Assembly (NCBI GenBank): GCA_024686055.1
Contig: JAIBDV010000001.1
Span: forward strand, 1 to 36,831
Source of the DNA: Neptuniibacter sp.
GTDB taxonomy: Bacteria > Pseudomonadota > Gammaproteobacteria > Pseudomonadales > Balneatricaceae
Reading direction: 5' to 3'
DNA length: 36,831 bases
Each line of letters starts with the position of its first letter. Positions within the stretch are counted from its first letter, which is position 1. This document shows, piece by piece, positions 9,333 to 21,318 of the stretch. The position numbers were made by a program, and so were the translations under genes. The notes beneath the pieces are model-generated. The model was not told where the DNA came from, did not search any database, and saw nothing but the letters and a program-made list of their open reading frames with translations.

Positions 9333-10562
9333 TCAACCACCAAAATCATCCAGGAAGATGTTTTCACGCTCAACACCCATGTCAACCAGCATCTGGATAA
9401 CAGCGGAGTTCATCATCGGTGGTCCACACATGTAGTACTCACAGTCTTCCGGCGCTTCATGCTCCTTCAGATAGTTTTCGTACAGTACATTGTGGATAAA
9501 GCCGGTCAGGCCGTCCCAGTTATCTTCAGGCTGGGGATCGGACAATGCCAGATGCCACTTGAAGTTCTGGTTTTCGGTCTGCAGCTGATCATACTCTTCA
9601 CTGTAGAATGCTTCGCGCATAGAGCGAGCACCGTACCAGAAGCTGATCTTACGGCTGGAGTTCAGACGCTTGAGCTGGTCAAAGATATGGGAGCGCATCG
9701 GCGCCATACCTGCACCACCACCAATGAATACCATCTCATTGTCAGTGTCTTTCGCGAAGAACTCACCAAATGGCCCATATACCGTGATCTTGTCACCTGG
9801 TTTCAGGCTGAACACGTAGGATGACATCTGGCCCGGTGGAATACCCTGGCTGCCCGGTGGTGGAGACGCGATACGGATGTTGAACTTAACAACACCGCGC
9901 TCTTCCGGGTAGTTAGCCATGGAGTAGGCACGAATAACGGTTTCGTCAACTTTGGACACGTTGTCCCATACGTTAAAACGATCCCAGTCTCCGCGGTACT
10001 CTTCCTGAATGTCGAAGTCTTTGTAGTCAACAACATGTGGAGGCGCTTCCAGCTGAACATAACCACCGGCACGGAAGTCTACGTTTTCACCTTCAGGCAG
10101 ACGCAGGGTCAGCTCTTTGATGAATGTAGCTACGTTCGGGTTAGATTCAACGGTACATTCCCACTTCTGTACACCAAAGATCTCTTCTTCCAGCTCGATC
10201 TCCATGTCCTGCTTTACAGCAACCTGACATGACAGACGCCAGCCGTCTTTTCCTTCACGCATGGTGAAGTGAGACTCTTCGGTTGGCAGCATAGAGCCAC
10301 CACCATCCAGCACCTGACACTTACACTGTGCACAGGTACCACCACCACCACAGGCAGACGGTACGAAAATACCGGCGCCAGCCAGCGTCTGCAGCAATTT
10401 GCCGCCCGCTGGGACTGTGATGCTTTTCTCCGGATCGTTGTTGATGTTGATACGAACATCACCGGAGCTTACCAGTTTCGAACGGGCTGCCAGGATAATC
10501 GCGACCAGTGCAAGCACCACCGCGGTAAACATGACAACGCCGAGAACGATTTCTGCATTCAT
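9333..10562 (-). CDS. nqrF: Na+-translocating NADH:quinone reductase subunit F
   Basis: [12 protein letters not shown] 2Fe-2S motif, [21 protein letters not shown] and C-terminal DDFGG. Confidence 0.98.
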   Translation of the reverse strand: MNAEIVLGVVMFTAVVLALVAIILAARSKLVSSGDVRININNDPEKSITVPAGGKLLQTLAGAGIFVPSACGGGGTCAQCKCQVLDGGGSMLPTEESHFTMREGKDGWRLSCQVAVKQDMEIELEEEIFGVQKWECTVESNPNVATFIKELTLRLPEGENVDFRAGGYVQLEAPPHVVDYKDFDIQEEYRGDWDRFNVWDNVSKVDETVIRAYSMANYPEERGVVKFNIRIASPPPGSQGIPPGQMSSYVFSLKPGDKITVYGPFGEFFAKDTDNEMVFIGGGAGMAPMRSHIFDQLKRLNSSRKISFWYGARSMREAFYSEEYDQLQTENQNFKWHLALSDPQPEDNWDGLTGFIHNVLYENYLKEHEAPEDCEYYMCGPPMMNSAVIQMLVDMGVERENIFLDDFGG

Positions 10563-10597
10563 ATGCTTAATCCTTCACTTGATCAGGTCGTACCGGC

Positions 10598-11206
10598 TTA
10601 CAGCTGTACGCCGGAGAAAGACATGAAGCCCAGGGACATCAGGCCAACAGTGATGAACGTGATACCCAGACCACGCAGACCTGCTGGTACATCGCTGTAC
10701 TTCAGTTTTTCACGAATACCCGCCAGCGCAGTAATTGCCAACGCCCAACCAACACCCGCACCCGTACCGTAAACAACGGACTCACCAAAGGTGTAGTCAC
10801 GTTCAACCATGAACAGTGCAGCACCCATGATTGCGCAGTTTACAGTGATCAGCGGCAGGAACACGCCCAGTGCGTTGTACAGCGCAGGCACGTACTTATC
10901 CAGGAACATCTCCAGGATCTGTACGATGGCCGCGATTACACCGATGTAGGAGATGTAACCCAGGAAGCTCAGATCAACTTCCGGGTAACCCGCCCACGCC
11001 AGTGCGCCTTCACGCAACAGGTGGTTAAAGATCAGGTTGTTAACTGGAGTCGTGATGGCCAGCACCACGATAACAGCAATACCCAGACCCAGCGCCGTCT
11101 GAACCTTCTTGGAGATCGCCAGGAATGTACACATCCCCAGGAAGAAGGCCAGTGCCATGTTCTCAACGAAAATCGCCTTAACAGCAAGACTGATATACTG
11201 TTCCAT
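10598..11206 (-). CDS. nqrE: NQR subunit E
   Basis: [16 protein letters not shown] and [10 protein letters not shown]. Confidence 0.98.
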   Translation of the reverse strand: MEQYISLAVKAIFVENMALAFFLGMCTFLAISKKVQTALGLGIAVIVVLAITTPVNNLIFNHLLREGALAWAGYPEVDLSFLGYISYIGVIAAIVQILEMFLDKYVPALYNALGVFLPLITVNCAIMGAALFMVERDYTFGESVVYGTGAGVGWALAITALAGIREKLKYSDVPAGLRGLGITFITVGLMSLGFMSFSGVQL

Positions 11207-11208
11207 GA

Positions 11209-11868
11209 TTACGCAGCCTCCTTCTTGCTGTTAGATGCGAGTTCGAATTCTGGTTTCTCAACCTGAGACGGGTCCCAGGTGCGGATGATCCAGATAAAGA
11301 TACCGATCAGGAAGAACGCACTCGGTGGCAGCAGCAGCAGACCATTCGCCTGATACCAACCACCGTTGGTGATCAGTGGCAGGATCTCGTAACCAAACAG
11401 AGAACCAGAGCCAAACAGTTCGCGGAAGAAGCCAACAAAGAGCAGCACCACACCATAACCCATACCGTTACCCAGGCCATCCATAAAGGAGATACCCGGT
11501 GGGTTTTGCATAGCGAAAGCTTCTGCACGACCCATTACGATACAGTTAGTAATGATCAGACCGACGAATACAGACAGCTGTTTGGATACGTCATAGGCGT
11601 ATGCCTTCAGAATCTGGTCAACCACGATTACCAGGGATGCAATGATCGTCATCTGACAGATGATACGAATACTGCTTGGCATGTGATTTCGGATCAGCGA
11701 TACGAACATGTTCGAGAACGCTGTTACGAACATTACCGCCAGCGTCATTACCAGCGCCGTGTTCAGGTTTGACGTAACAGCCAGCGCCGAACAAACACCC
11801 AGGATCTGCAATGCGATCGGGTTGTTCTTGGCAACTGGATGCGTCAGTACGTCTTTAGATGCAGACAT
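11209..11868 (-). CDS. nqrD: NQR subunit D
   Basis: [18 protein letters not shown] and [17 protein letters not shown]. Confidence 0.98.
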   Translation of the reverse strand: MSASKDVLTHPVAKNNPIALQILGVCSALAVTSNLNTALVMTLAVMFVTAFSNMFVSLIRNHMPSSIRIICQMTIIASLVIVVDQILKAYAYDVSKQLSVFVGLIITNCIVMGRAEAFAMQNPPGISFMDGLGNGMGYGVVLLFVGFFRELFGSGSLFGYEILPLITNGGWYQANGLLLLPPSAFFLIGIFIWIIRTWDPSQVEKPEFELASNSKKEAA

Positions 11869-11871
11869 GGT

Positions 11872-12648
11872 TTACACCTCCCCTGCTTTCAGATTGGTCA
11901 GGAATGGCGCGTAACCATTCTTACCCATCCAGAATTTCACCAGGTTGCTGACACCATTACTGGTAAGCGTCGCACCGGACAGGCCATCAATCTGATGTTC
12001 TGCACCTTTTTTGGCTGGATCAACAGAGCCTTTGACCAACCCCAACGCTGGCTCAACAGAACCCTGTGGGTAGACTTTTTTACCTGGCCACAGTGCTTTC
12101 CAGGTTGGGTTATCAACTTCACCACCCAGGCCTGGTGTTTCAGCATGGGAATAGAAACCCAGACCAATCACCGTATTCAGATCACCCTCTACTGCCAAAA
12201 AGCCGTACAGGGTGGACCACAGACCGTAGCCATGCACCGGCAGAATCAGCTTATCGATACCTTTATCTGATTCAATCAGATAAACCGGCATCACTTTGGC
12301 CTGATACTTGATCGATGCAATGTCGATATTACGCGCCAGCGCTTTACCCAGCTGCGGGTCTTTCGCAGCTTTTTTAGCATCGTACTTGGCTGGTACATCT
12401 GTGGTGAATTTGCCCGTTTCCAGATCAACATACTTAGTCGTGATCTGAGCAAACAACTCATCAACAGTTTTCGAGGAATCAACGATACCCGCTGCCGCCA
12501 GGATATTGGTCTTACGGTCAAGATCCTTGTTGGCAACCTGCATCGGTTTCAGCAGCACTGCTGCTGCAGATACGATCACGGAGCAGACCACACACAGCAG
12601 TGTGGCGACCGTTATCGTTTTGCCGATAGAGTCTTTATTAGCCGACAT
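11872..12648 (-). CDS. nqrC: NQR subunit C
   Basis: Start MSANKDS at 12648, overlapping the end of nqrB; [14 protein letters not shown] and the FMN-attachment motif DGLSGATLT. Confidence 0.97.
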   Translation of the reverse strand: MSANKDSIGKTITVATLLCVVCSVIVSAAAVLLKPMQVANKDLDRKTNILAAAGIVDSSKTVDELFAQITTKYVDLETGKFTTDVPAKYDAKKAAKDPQLGKALARNIDIASIKYQAKVMPVYLIESDKGIDKLILPVHGYGLWSTLYGFLAVEGDLNTVIGLGFYSHAETPGLGGEVDNPTWKALWPGKKVYPQGSVEPALGLVKGSVDPAKKGAEHQIDGLSGATLTSNGVSNLVKFWMGKNGYAPFLTNLKAGEV

Positions 12649-13843
12649 TGCGTGCGAGCCTCCGTTTGATATTCGCCTGAACAACAAAGTTGTCAATCAG
12701 CGGTGCAAACAGGTTAGCGAACAGAATCGCCAGCATCATACCTTCAGGGAAGGCCGGGTTAACCACACGGATCAACACCACCATCACACCGACAAGTGCA
12801 CCGAAGTACCACTTACCTTTGTTGGTCATGGAAGCCGACACAGGGTCAGTCGCCATAAAGAACATACCGAACGCAAAACCACCCAGCACCATGTGCCAGT
12901 AGAACGGCAGACCGAACATCGGATTAGTATCAGAACCGATCATGTTCAACAGTACCGACATACCGACCATGCCAGCGAATACGCCTGCAACGATACGCCA
13001 TGCGGCAACCTTGGCGATCAACAGTACAGCGCCACCGATCAGGATGGCAAAGGTAGACACCTCACCCACAGAGCCCTGAATAGTACCGATGAATGCATCA
13101 AACCAGGTCAGGTTAGCAGCCAGGATTGCGTCAACACCGCCCATCGCAGCCAGCCCCAGAGGGGTCGCGCCGGAGAAGCCATCAACCGCTGTCCAGATGG
13201 CATCACCTGACATCTGCGCCGGGTAGGCGAAGAACAGGAATGCACGACCGGTCAGTGCAGGGTTCAGGAAGTTTTTACCTGTACCGCCGAACACTTCTTT
13301 ACCAATCACAATACCGAAGCTGATGCCCAGGGCAACCTGCCACAGTGGAATCGTTGGTGGCAGGATCAGTGCGAACAGGATAGAAGTCACGAAGAAGCCT
13401 TCGTTTACTTCATGGCCGCGTTTCATCGCGAACAGCACTTCCCAGAAAGCACCCACTACAAAGGTCACAATGTAGATTGGCAGCCAGTACATAGCACCGT
13501 GGATAATGTTATCCCAGACACTGGTCGGATCGAAGCTGGTGAAAACACCTGCCAGGCTTGTACGCCAGCCTTCGGTTGCACTCAGGCCACCGTCAATTGC
13601 CGTGTTCGCCTGCAAACCTACGTTGTACAGGCCGAACAGAACCGCCGGGAACGTACACATCCATACCAGGATCATCATACGTTTCAGGTCAACCGCATCG
13701 CGCACGTGTGCAGCGGTTTTAGTTACATGACCCGGCGTGTAGAAAATGGTGTCCGCTGCTTCATACAGCGCATACCAGTTTTCATATTTTCCGCCCTTGT
13801 GAAAGTGCGGTTCCATCTTATCGAGAACGTTTCTAAGGCTCAC
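12638..13843 (-). CDS. nqrB: NQR subunit B
   Basis: [28 protein letters not shown] and the FMN-attachment motif DGFSGATPL; GTG start. Confidence 0.98.
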   Translation of the reverse strand: MSLRNVLDKMEPHFHKGGKYENWYALYEAADTIFYTPGHVTKTAAHVRDAVDLKRMMILVWMCTFPAVLFGLYNVGLQANTAIDGGLSATEGWRTSLAGVFTSFDPTSVWDNIIHGAMYWLPIYIVTFVVGAFWEVLFAMKRGHEVNEGFFVTSILFALILPPTIPLWQVALGISFGIVIGKEVFGGTGKNFLNPALTGRAFLFFAYPAQMSGDAIWTAVDGFSGATPLGLAAMGGVDAILAANLTWFDAFIGTIQGSVGEVSTFAILIGGAVLLIAKVAAWRIVAGVFAGMVGMSVLLNMIGSDTNPMFGLPFYWHMVLGGFAFGMFFMATDPVSASMTNKGKWYFGALVGVMVVLIRVVNPAFPEGMMLAILFANLFAPLIDNFVVQANIKRRLARNVG

Positions 13844-13846
13844 AGA

Positions 13847-15196
<1,350 letters not shown>

Positions 15197-15204
15197 TCAC
15201 AATT

Positions 15205-15314
15205 AAATTTTTCAGGGTCCTGTTGCTGCATCCTTCCACACATTGTTAGTTTTGATATTGTCAACGTATGAAATTGTCCTCGGGTCAGCAACGGAACTAC
15301 CCCACCCAAAAATC
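15205..15314 (-). ncRNA. Putative structured cis-regulatory 5' leader of nqrA
   Basis: Nested helices on the sense strand: UCCGUUGCUG/CAGCAACAGGA and UUUCAUACGUUG/CAAUGUGUGGAA (three G-U pairs). Lies between a TATACT -10 element (15326-15321) and the RBS. Confidence 0.5.
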
Positions 15315-15337
15315 CGGCTAAGTATACCTGAGCCCTC

Positions 15338-15352
15338 TGTAGTTTTGCTACA
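15338..15352. promoter_or_regulatory. HexR-like palindromic operator in the nqr promoter
   Basis: TGTAG-TTTTG-CTACA resembles the HexR consensus TGTAAT-N3-ATTACA and overlaps the expected -35 region. Confidence 0.5.
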
Positions 15353-15453
15353 AACCCCTTTTAGAATCAGAAGGTTTAGTCTAAATGCCAGGCAGCCCAG
15401 ATAGAACTTATAGAAATATACATATATCTATAAGTAATAACAAAATACATCAC

Positions 15454-15483
15454 AAAAAAAACCGCCCGATCAGGGCGGCTTTT
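15454..15483 (-). terminator. Rho-independent terminator of gap
   Basis: Minus strand CCGCCC-TGATC-GGGCGG followed by T8. Confidence 0.88.
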
Positions 15484-15499
15484 AATCAATCCAGCTCAA

Positions 15500-16933
15500 T
15501 CACTTGGCGGACTGAGGGAATGCTGGCAGCGTGCACTCAGCCATACGCTGAACCATACGCATCACCTGGCAGCTGTAACCGAATTCGTTATCGTACCAGA
15601 CGTACAGAACACAGCGATTGCCTTCCGCAATCGTTGCCAGCGCGTCAACGACACCCGCAGAACGGGAACCAACGAAATCAGTAGAAACTGCTTCTGGAGA
15701 GACACTCCAGCCAATCTGTTTCTGCAGATCAGAATGGAAAGCCATTTCACGCAGGTAGGCGTTCAACTCTTCTTTGTTGGTCTCAGATTCCAGGTTCAGA
15801 TTCAGGATCGCCATGGAAACGTTTGGTGTCGGTACACGGATAGCATTACCGGTCAGCTTGCCTTCCATTTCCGGCAGCGCCTTGGATACTGCTTTCGCCG
15901 CACCTGTTTCAGTGATAACCATGTTCAGGCCTGCTGCGCGACCGCGGCGATCACCTTTATGGTAGTTATCGATCAGGTTCTGGTCATTGGTGTACGCGTG
16001 TACAGTCTCAACGTGACCATTGGCAACACCGTACTTATCGCACAGTGCTTTCAGCACCGGCGCGATAGCGTTAGTGGTACAGGACGCAGCAGACAAAATC
16101 TGGTCATCCGCTGTAATATCGCTGTCGTTAACACCCATGACGATGTTCTTCACGCCCTTGCCAGGCGCAGTCAGCACAACACGGGATACGCCAGTCGCAC
16201 GCAGATGCAGGGACAGACCATCGTGGTCACGCCATTTACCGGTGTTATCGATCACCAGCGCATTGCTGATACCGTACTGGGTGTAATCGATGGTGTCAGG
16301 GGCATCAGCAAAGATCACTTTGATCATATTGCCGTTAGCGATCAGCGCCTGGTTTTCCTCATCAACCGTGATGGTGCCTTTAAAAGAACCATGCACAGAG
16401 TCACGACGCAGCAGACTGGCGCGCTTTTCCAGATCATTGGCAGCAGAACCTTTACGCACAACAATCGCGCGCAGGCGTAAAGCCTGACCACCACCGGTAC
16501 GTTCAATCAGCAAGCGTGCCAGCAAACGGCCGATACGACCAAAACCGTACAGAACGACATCAGTTGCAATACGTTCTTCTGCATTGATCACATCCGCCAG
16601 TTCAGTACGCAGGAACCCTTCCAGGTCACCGTTGCCTTCATTGCGGAATTTGATTGCCAGCTTACCCACATCAATGTGCGCATTGCGGACATTCAGATCA
16701 TTTACGGCTTCCAGCACTGGATAAGTGTCGTGTACAGACAGGTCCTGTTCTTCTACCTGGCGCGCGTAGCGATGCGCTTTCAGGATATCGATCACAGATC
16801 GATTCATCATCAGACGTCCAAACACTGACGACTCAACATTGTCGTTGCGGTACAGACCGCCGACCAGCGGCACCATAGCTTCGGCTTTGGCTTCGCGCTC
16901 TTTCCAGTCATTGAAAACTTGTTCTTGGCTCAC
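15500..16933 (-). CDS. gap: Glyceraldehyde-3-phosphate dehydrogenase, long N-terminally extended type
   Basis: About 120-aa N-terminal extension, then DVVLYGFGRIGR, ASCTTNA and WYDNEFGY. GTG at 16933 with GGAG RBS (TTG at 16945 is an alternative). Confidence 0.95.
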   Translation of the reverse strand: MSQEQVFNDWKEREAKAEAMVPLVGGLYRNDNVESSVFGRLMMNRSVIDILKAHRYARQVEEQDLSVHDTYPVLEAVNDLNVRNAHIDVGKLAIKFRNEGNGDLEGFLRTELADVINAEERIATDVVLYGFGRIGRLLARLLIERTGGGQALRLRAIVVRKGSAANDLEKRASLLRRDSVHGSFKGTITVDEENQALIANGNMIKVIFADAPDTIDYTQYGISNALVIDNTGKWRDHDGLSLHLRATGVSRVVLTAPGKGVKNIVMGVNDSDITADDQILSAASCTTNAIAPVLKALCDKYGVANGHVETVHAYTNDQNLIDNYHKGDRRGRAAGLNMVITETGAAKAVSKALPEMEGKLTGNAIRVPTPNVSMAILNLNLESETNKEELNAYLREMAFHSDLQKQIGWSVSPEAVSTDFVGSRSAGVVDALATIAEGNRCVLYVWYDNEFGYSCQVMRMVQRMAECTLPAFPQSAK

Positions 16934-16976
16934 AGAAAACTCCAACTATCGTCAACGATGTATTTTGGCTGCGCGC

Positions 16977-17005
16977 ATTATCCTCTTTTCGGCTGTCTCG
17001 GGCAA
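16977..17005 (-). promoter_or_regulatory. Sigma70 promoter of gap
   Basis: TTGCCC-17 nt-GATAAT followed by a GC-rich discriminator GCGCGC. Confidence 0.6.
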
Positions 17006-17122
17006 ATAGAGAACTTCTTATACTTTCGCCGCCCCCTTGGCAATGCAGCCCTGGCCGACAACAGGTACACTAGGCAGCCGCCAGCGTGGCGCGTGCAACC
17101 GAGTAAAGCAGAGGAACTCAGC

Positions 17123-20100
17123 GTGATCGATCAGGCATATAGCCTTCCTTCCGGCAAAGGTGATTTCAAACGTGTCGGCCAGGCACTAGGGAGCGGGCGC
17201 GGCCTGCTGATAGCAGACGCAAGCCAGCGCCACACCGGCCTGACCCTGGTAATCACCAATAACAGCGATGAAGCCAGCCGCCTGCAGGAAGAGATTGCCT
17301 TTTTTAGCGGCACGGACGCCCAGTTGCTGCATTTCCCTGACTGGGAAACACTGCCCTGGGACCACTTTTCTCCACATCAGGATATTATTTCCGAGCGCGT
17401 CAGCACCCTGAGTCGCCTGCCAGGTATTAAGCAAGGCATCCTGCTGGTCCCCATCAGCACCCTGATGCACCGCATCACACCCGCCGACTTTGTTACCGGC
17501 AACAGCCTGTCTCTGGATGTCGGCCAACAGTTGAACCCGGAAAGCCTGCGCCAGCAGCTCAGCGACGCGGGTTATAATGCCGTTGACAGTGTCTATCAGC
17601 ATGGCGAGTTTGCTGTCCGCGGGGCCATTATTGATATATTCCCCACCGGCAGCCCACTCCCCTACCGGATCGAGCTATTTGACGATGAAGTGGAAACACT
17701 TCGCACCTTCGACCCTGAAACCCAGCGCTCAGTGGAACAGGTCGATCAGATCCGCTTACTGCCCGCGCGTGAGTTTCCGGCCGACACCGGCGCCATGAAT
17801 CGCTTTATGTCCCGCTGGCGCAGCGAGTTCGATGTAGATTACCGCAGTTGCCCGCTATATCAGGATATTAAGACCGGCCTGATGCCAGCCGGCATTGAGT
17901 ACTACCTGCCTCTTTTTTTCGAACAGACAGCCACTTTATTTGACTATTTACCAACAAACAGCCAAATCATTTTCAATGAAGGGCTGGAGCAGGCCTGTGG
18001 CGATTTCTGGCAGGAAGTAGAAGGCCGTTACGAGCAGCGACGCTATGATATAACCCGCCCGGTATTATCTCCGCGCCAGTTATTCCTGCCCATGGATGAA
18101 CTGTTTGGCGAACTCAAAGCGCGTAACCGCCTGCTGGTCGATGAAGCTCTTCAACCCTCGAATGCTGGCCGCTACAATCTGCCCTGCATCACCGCGCCAG
18201 ACCTGACGGTTGATGCCCAGGCCAACAATCCTCTACAAGCGCTGCAGAGCTTCCTGAGCCACCGCGATGGCCCCGTACTTTTTTGCGCCGAATCGGCTGG
18301 TCGCCGCGAAGCCCTGCTGGAGCTATTTGGCCGCCACGGCCTCAAACCCACCATCATCGATAACTGGCACGACTTCAGCCTGGGCGATACTGATCTGGCC
18401 ATCACCATCGCACCACTGGAGCGCGGCCTCTCACTGCCCGGCGATGCACACCTGATCACCGAAACACAACTGTTCGGCCGCCAGGTTTTCCAGCGCCGAC
18501 GCCGCTCCCGCGAACAGGAACAGGCCGACCAGGTCGTTAAGAACCTGTCAGAACTCAATATTGGCGCACCCGTCGTACACATTGACCACGGCGTTGGCCG
18601 CTACCAGGGGCTGGAAACAATCAAGCTGGACGGCCAGGCCGAAGAGTTTCTGATGCTCAGCTACGCTGGCAATGCCAAACTGTATGTACCCGTCGCATCG
18701 CTGCACCTGATCAGCCGCTACACCGGCGCCAGTGATGAGCTTGCCCCTTTACACAAGCTAGGCAACGAACAATGGGGCAAGGCAAAACGAAAAGCCGCAG
18801 AAAAAGCCCATGACGCCGCCGCCGAACTGCTAGACATCTATGCTCGCCGCGCCGCACGTAAGGGCTTTAAATTCAGTTCACCCGACGAGCAGTACCGCCA
18901 GTTTACCGCCGCATTCCCATTTGAAGAAACCCCCGACCAGGCCGTTGCTATCACTGCCGTAATCGGCGACATGACCGCGCCGCAACCCATGGACCGCCTC
19001 GTCTGTGGCGATGTCGGCTTCGGTAAAACCGAAGTCGCGATGCGCGCCGCCTTTATTGCCGCGATGAGTGGCCGCCAGATCGTCATTCTGGTACCCACAA
19101 CCCTGCTAGCCCAGCAGCATTACGAAAACTTCAGCGACCGTTTCGCCGACTGGCCCGTCAACATCGAACTAATTTCCCGTTTCCGCACCGGCAAGCAACA
19201 GGATAGCGTTATCGCGAAACTGGAATCCGGTCAGATTGACATCGTCGTCGGCACGCACAAGCTGATCAGCAGCGATATCAAATATCACAATCTGGGGCTG
19301 GTGATTATCGATGAAGAACACCGCTTCGGTGTTCAGCAAAAAGAGCGCCTGAAATCCATCCGGGCTGAAGTCGACATCCTGACCATGACCGCCACGCCTA
19401 TTCCGCGTACGTTGAATATGGCAATGTCCGGCATTCGAGACCTGTCGATCATCGCCACCCCGCCCGCCCGCCGACTTTCGGTTAAAACCTTTGTTCGCCA
19501 GGATGACTCTGCCGTAACAAAAGAAGCTATTCTGCGCGAGCTGCTACGCGGCGGCCAGGTGTACTACCTGCATAATGAAGTCAAAACCATTGATAAAGTG
19601 GCGCGCGAACTGCAGGAACTGGTTCCCGAGGCACGTATCGGCGTAGGCCATGGCCAGATGCGCGAGCGAGAGCTTGAGCAGGTCATGTCTGACTTTTACC
19701 ATAAACGCCATAACCTGCTGGTATGTACTACCATCATTGAAACCGGCATTGATATACCTAATGCCAATACCATCATTATCGACCGTGCCGACAAGTTTGG
19801 TCTGGCTCAGCTGCACCAGCTGCGCGGCCGTGTAGGTCGCTCACACCATCAAGCCTATGCCTACCTGCTGACGCCACACCCGAAGTCGATGACCAAAGAC
19901 GCCATCAAGCGGCTGGAAGCGATCGAGCAGGCTGACGACCTGGGGGCAGGCTTTACCCTGGCAACCCACGACCTTGAAATTCGTGGCGCTGGCGAACTGC
20001 TGGGCGAAGAACAAAGCGGACAAATGCAAACGGTCGGTTTCAGCCTCTTTATGGAGATGCTGGAACAGGCCGTCGAATCAATAAAGGCCGGCAAAACTCC

Positions 20101-20560
20101 AAACATGGAGCAGCCTTTACGCCAGGGCACTGAGGTTAACTTGCGGATGCAGGCATTGATCCCTGATGATTACCTGCCCGACGTTCACAGCCGCCTGATT
20201 CTATACAAACGCATCTCTTCAGCGACGGACAGTGAATCTCTGCGAGAATTGCAGGTCGAAATGATTGACCGCTTCGGATTGCTGCCCGAAACTGTCAAAA
20301 ACCTGCTCAAAGTTACTAAACTGAAACTGAGCGCAGAGAAACTGGGTATTCGGAAGATTGATGCTGGCGACCAGGGTGGTCGTATCGAGTTTTCTTCTGA
20401 CACCGGTATAAATCCATTAACGCTGGTGAAAATGGTTCAAAACCAACCCCAACGCTATAAACTGGAGGGCGCGGATAAGCTCCGTTTCAGCCTGGACAAT
20501 ACAAAACCAGAGCAACGCTTCCAGATCGTGGAAAAGCTGCTTGGTGAATTAGCGGTTTAA
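17123..20560 (+). CDS. mfd: Transcription-repair coupling factor
   Basis: FPDWETLPWDHFSPHQDIISER, CGDVGFGKT, DEEH and QLRGRVGR. GTG at 17123 with GAGGA RBS; the ORF-track start at 16919 looks over-extended. Confidence 0.97.
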   Translation: MIDQAYSLPSGKGDFKRVGQALGSGRGLLIADASQRHTGLTLVITNNSDEASRLQEEIAFFSGTDAQLLHFPDWETLPWDHFSPHQDIISERVSTLSRLPGIKQGILLVPISTLMHRITPADFVTGNSLSLDVGQQLNPESLRQQLSDAGYNAVDSVYQHGEFAVRGAIIDIFPTGSPLPYRIELFDDEVETLRTFDPETQRSVEQVDQIRLLPAREFPADTGAMNRFMSRWRSEFDVDYRSCPLYQDIKTGLMPAGIEYYLPLFFEQTATLFDYLPTNSQIIFNEGLEQACGDFWQEVEGRYEQRRYDITRPVLSPRQLFLPMDELFGELKARNRLLVDEALQPSNAGRYNLPCITAPDLTVDAQANNPLQALQSFLSHRDGPVLFCAESAGRREALLELFGRHGLKPTIIDNWHDFSLGDTDLAITIAPLERGLSLPGDAHLITETQLFGRQVFQRRRRSREQEQADQVVKNLSELNIGAPVVHIDHGVGRYQGLETIKLDGQAEEFLMLSYAGNAKLYVPVASLHLISRYTGASDELAPLHKLGNEQWGKAKRKAAEKAHDAAAELLDIYARRAARKGFKFSSPDEQYRQFTAAFPFEETPDQAVAITAVIGDMTAPQPMDRLVCGDVGFGKTEVAMRAAFIAAMSGRQIVILVPTTLLAQQHYENFSDRFADWPVNIELISRFRTGKQQDSVIAKLESGQIDIVVGTHKLISSDIKYHNLGLVIIDEEHRFGVQQKERLKSIRAEVDILTMTATPIPRTLNMAMSGIRDLSIIATPPARRLSVKTFVRQDDSAVTKEAILRELLRGGQVYYLHNEVKTIDKVARELQELVPEARIGVGHGQMRERELEQVMSDFYHKRHNLLVCTTIIETGIDIPNANTIIIDRADKFGLAQLHQLRGRVGRSHHQAYAYLLTPHPKSMTKDAIKRLEAIEQADDLGAGFTLATHDLEIRGAGELLGEEQSGQMQTVGFSLFMEMLEQAVESIKAGKTPNMEQPLRQGTEVNLRMQALIPDDYLPDVHSRLILYKRISSATDSESLRELQVEMIDRFGLLPETVKNLLKVTKLKLSAEKLGIRKIDAGDQGGRIEFSSDTGINPLTLVKMVQNQPQRYKLEGADKLRFSLDNTKPEQRFQIVEKLLGELAV

Positions 20561-21258
20561 TGGACATGAATAGACTGACAAAACTGATTATCGCAAGCTG
20601 CCTGCTAACACTGCTTCCTTTTACACAGGCACAGAGCGCCTCCTGGTATCAGGTTGAGGTGTTGATCTTTGCGAACGAAGACCCAGCCGCACTGGACGAT
20701 GAGTTCTGGCCTACTGGCCTGACTATCCCCGCCCAGCCGAACGCTGTCCCCCTCGCCGCCAGCTCAAAATCACAGCAGGCGTATCGCAAGATACCTGGTA
20801 GCTCATTGCTGTTTACTGCCGAGCGCAAGCGGATCGCAAAGTACGATGGCTTTCGCGTTCTGTTCCATGGCGGCTGGACACAACCGGTCACCAGTAAACG
20901 CAACGCCCGGCCCGTTCATATCAAAGCAGGCCAGATCCTTGATAATGGTCAATACGAGCTGGAAGGCTACATCACCATTGATAAGGGCAGGTTTCTGCAT
21001 TTCAGACCCAACCTGTTCCACAGCCGCCAGTTAACCCGACAGGAACGAAACATACTGCTCTCTTTTGAGCAACAAAACACCAGCACAGATGAGAGCACCA
21101 GCACATCCCCGACAAGTGCGTTTGAAGTGCCAGATTTTCTTACCATTCAGATGGATCAGGGGCGTCGTATGCGCTCAAAAGAGGTGCACTATTTAGACCA
21201 CCCCCTGATGGGCATTCTGGTACTTATGCTCCCTCTTAAACAAAGCAGCCCTCCCTAG
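20560..21258 (+). CDS. csiV: CsiV family periplasmic peptidoglycan-binding protein
   Basis: Signal peptide, WYQVEVLIF and RRMRSKEVHYLDHPLMGILV; TAATG overlap with mfd. Confidence 0.85.
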   Translation: MDMNRLTKLIIASCLLTLLPFTQAQSASWYQVEVLIFANEDPAALDDEFWPTGLTIPAQPNAVPLAASSKSQQAYRKIPGSSLLFTAERKRIAKYDGFRVLFHGGWTQPVTSKRNARPVHIKAGQILDNGQYELEGYITIDKGRFLHFRPNLFHSRQLTRQERNILLSFEQQNTSTDESTSTSPTSAFEVPDFLTIQMDQGRRMRSKEVHYLDHPLMGILVLMLPLKQSSPP

Positions 21259-21273
21259 CCCAACCTGCAGACG

Positions 21274-21304
21274 AAAAAAAACCATCGCTATGCGATGGTT
21301 TTTT
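21274..21304. terminator. Bidirectional rho-independent terminator
   Basis: A8-CCATCGC-TAT-GCGATGG-T6 between the convergent csiV and nagZ genes. Confidence 0.92.
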
Positions 21305-21318
21305 CATCCAGTCCGTAC

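Noticed and set aside
15385-15684. 99-aa ORF in the nqrA-gap gap
   Set aside because: Runs through a terminator and into gap on the antisense strand.
15734-16480. 248-aa ORF antisense to gap, and similar ORFs over nqrB/F, nhaB and mltD
   Set aside because: Antisense shadow frames of highly expressed genes.
16919-17122. 68-aa N-terminal extension of Mfd in the ORF track
   Set aside because: Overlaps the gap start and promoter; a GAGGA RBS with GTG at 17123 gives a normal-length Mfd.
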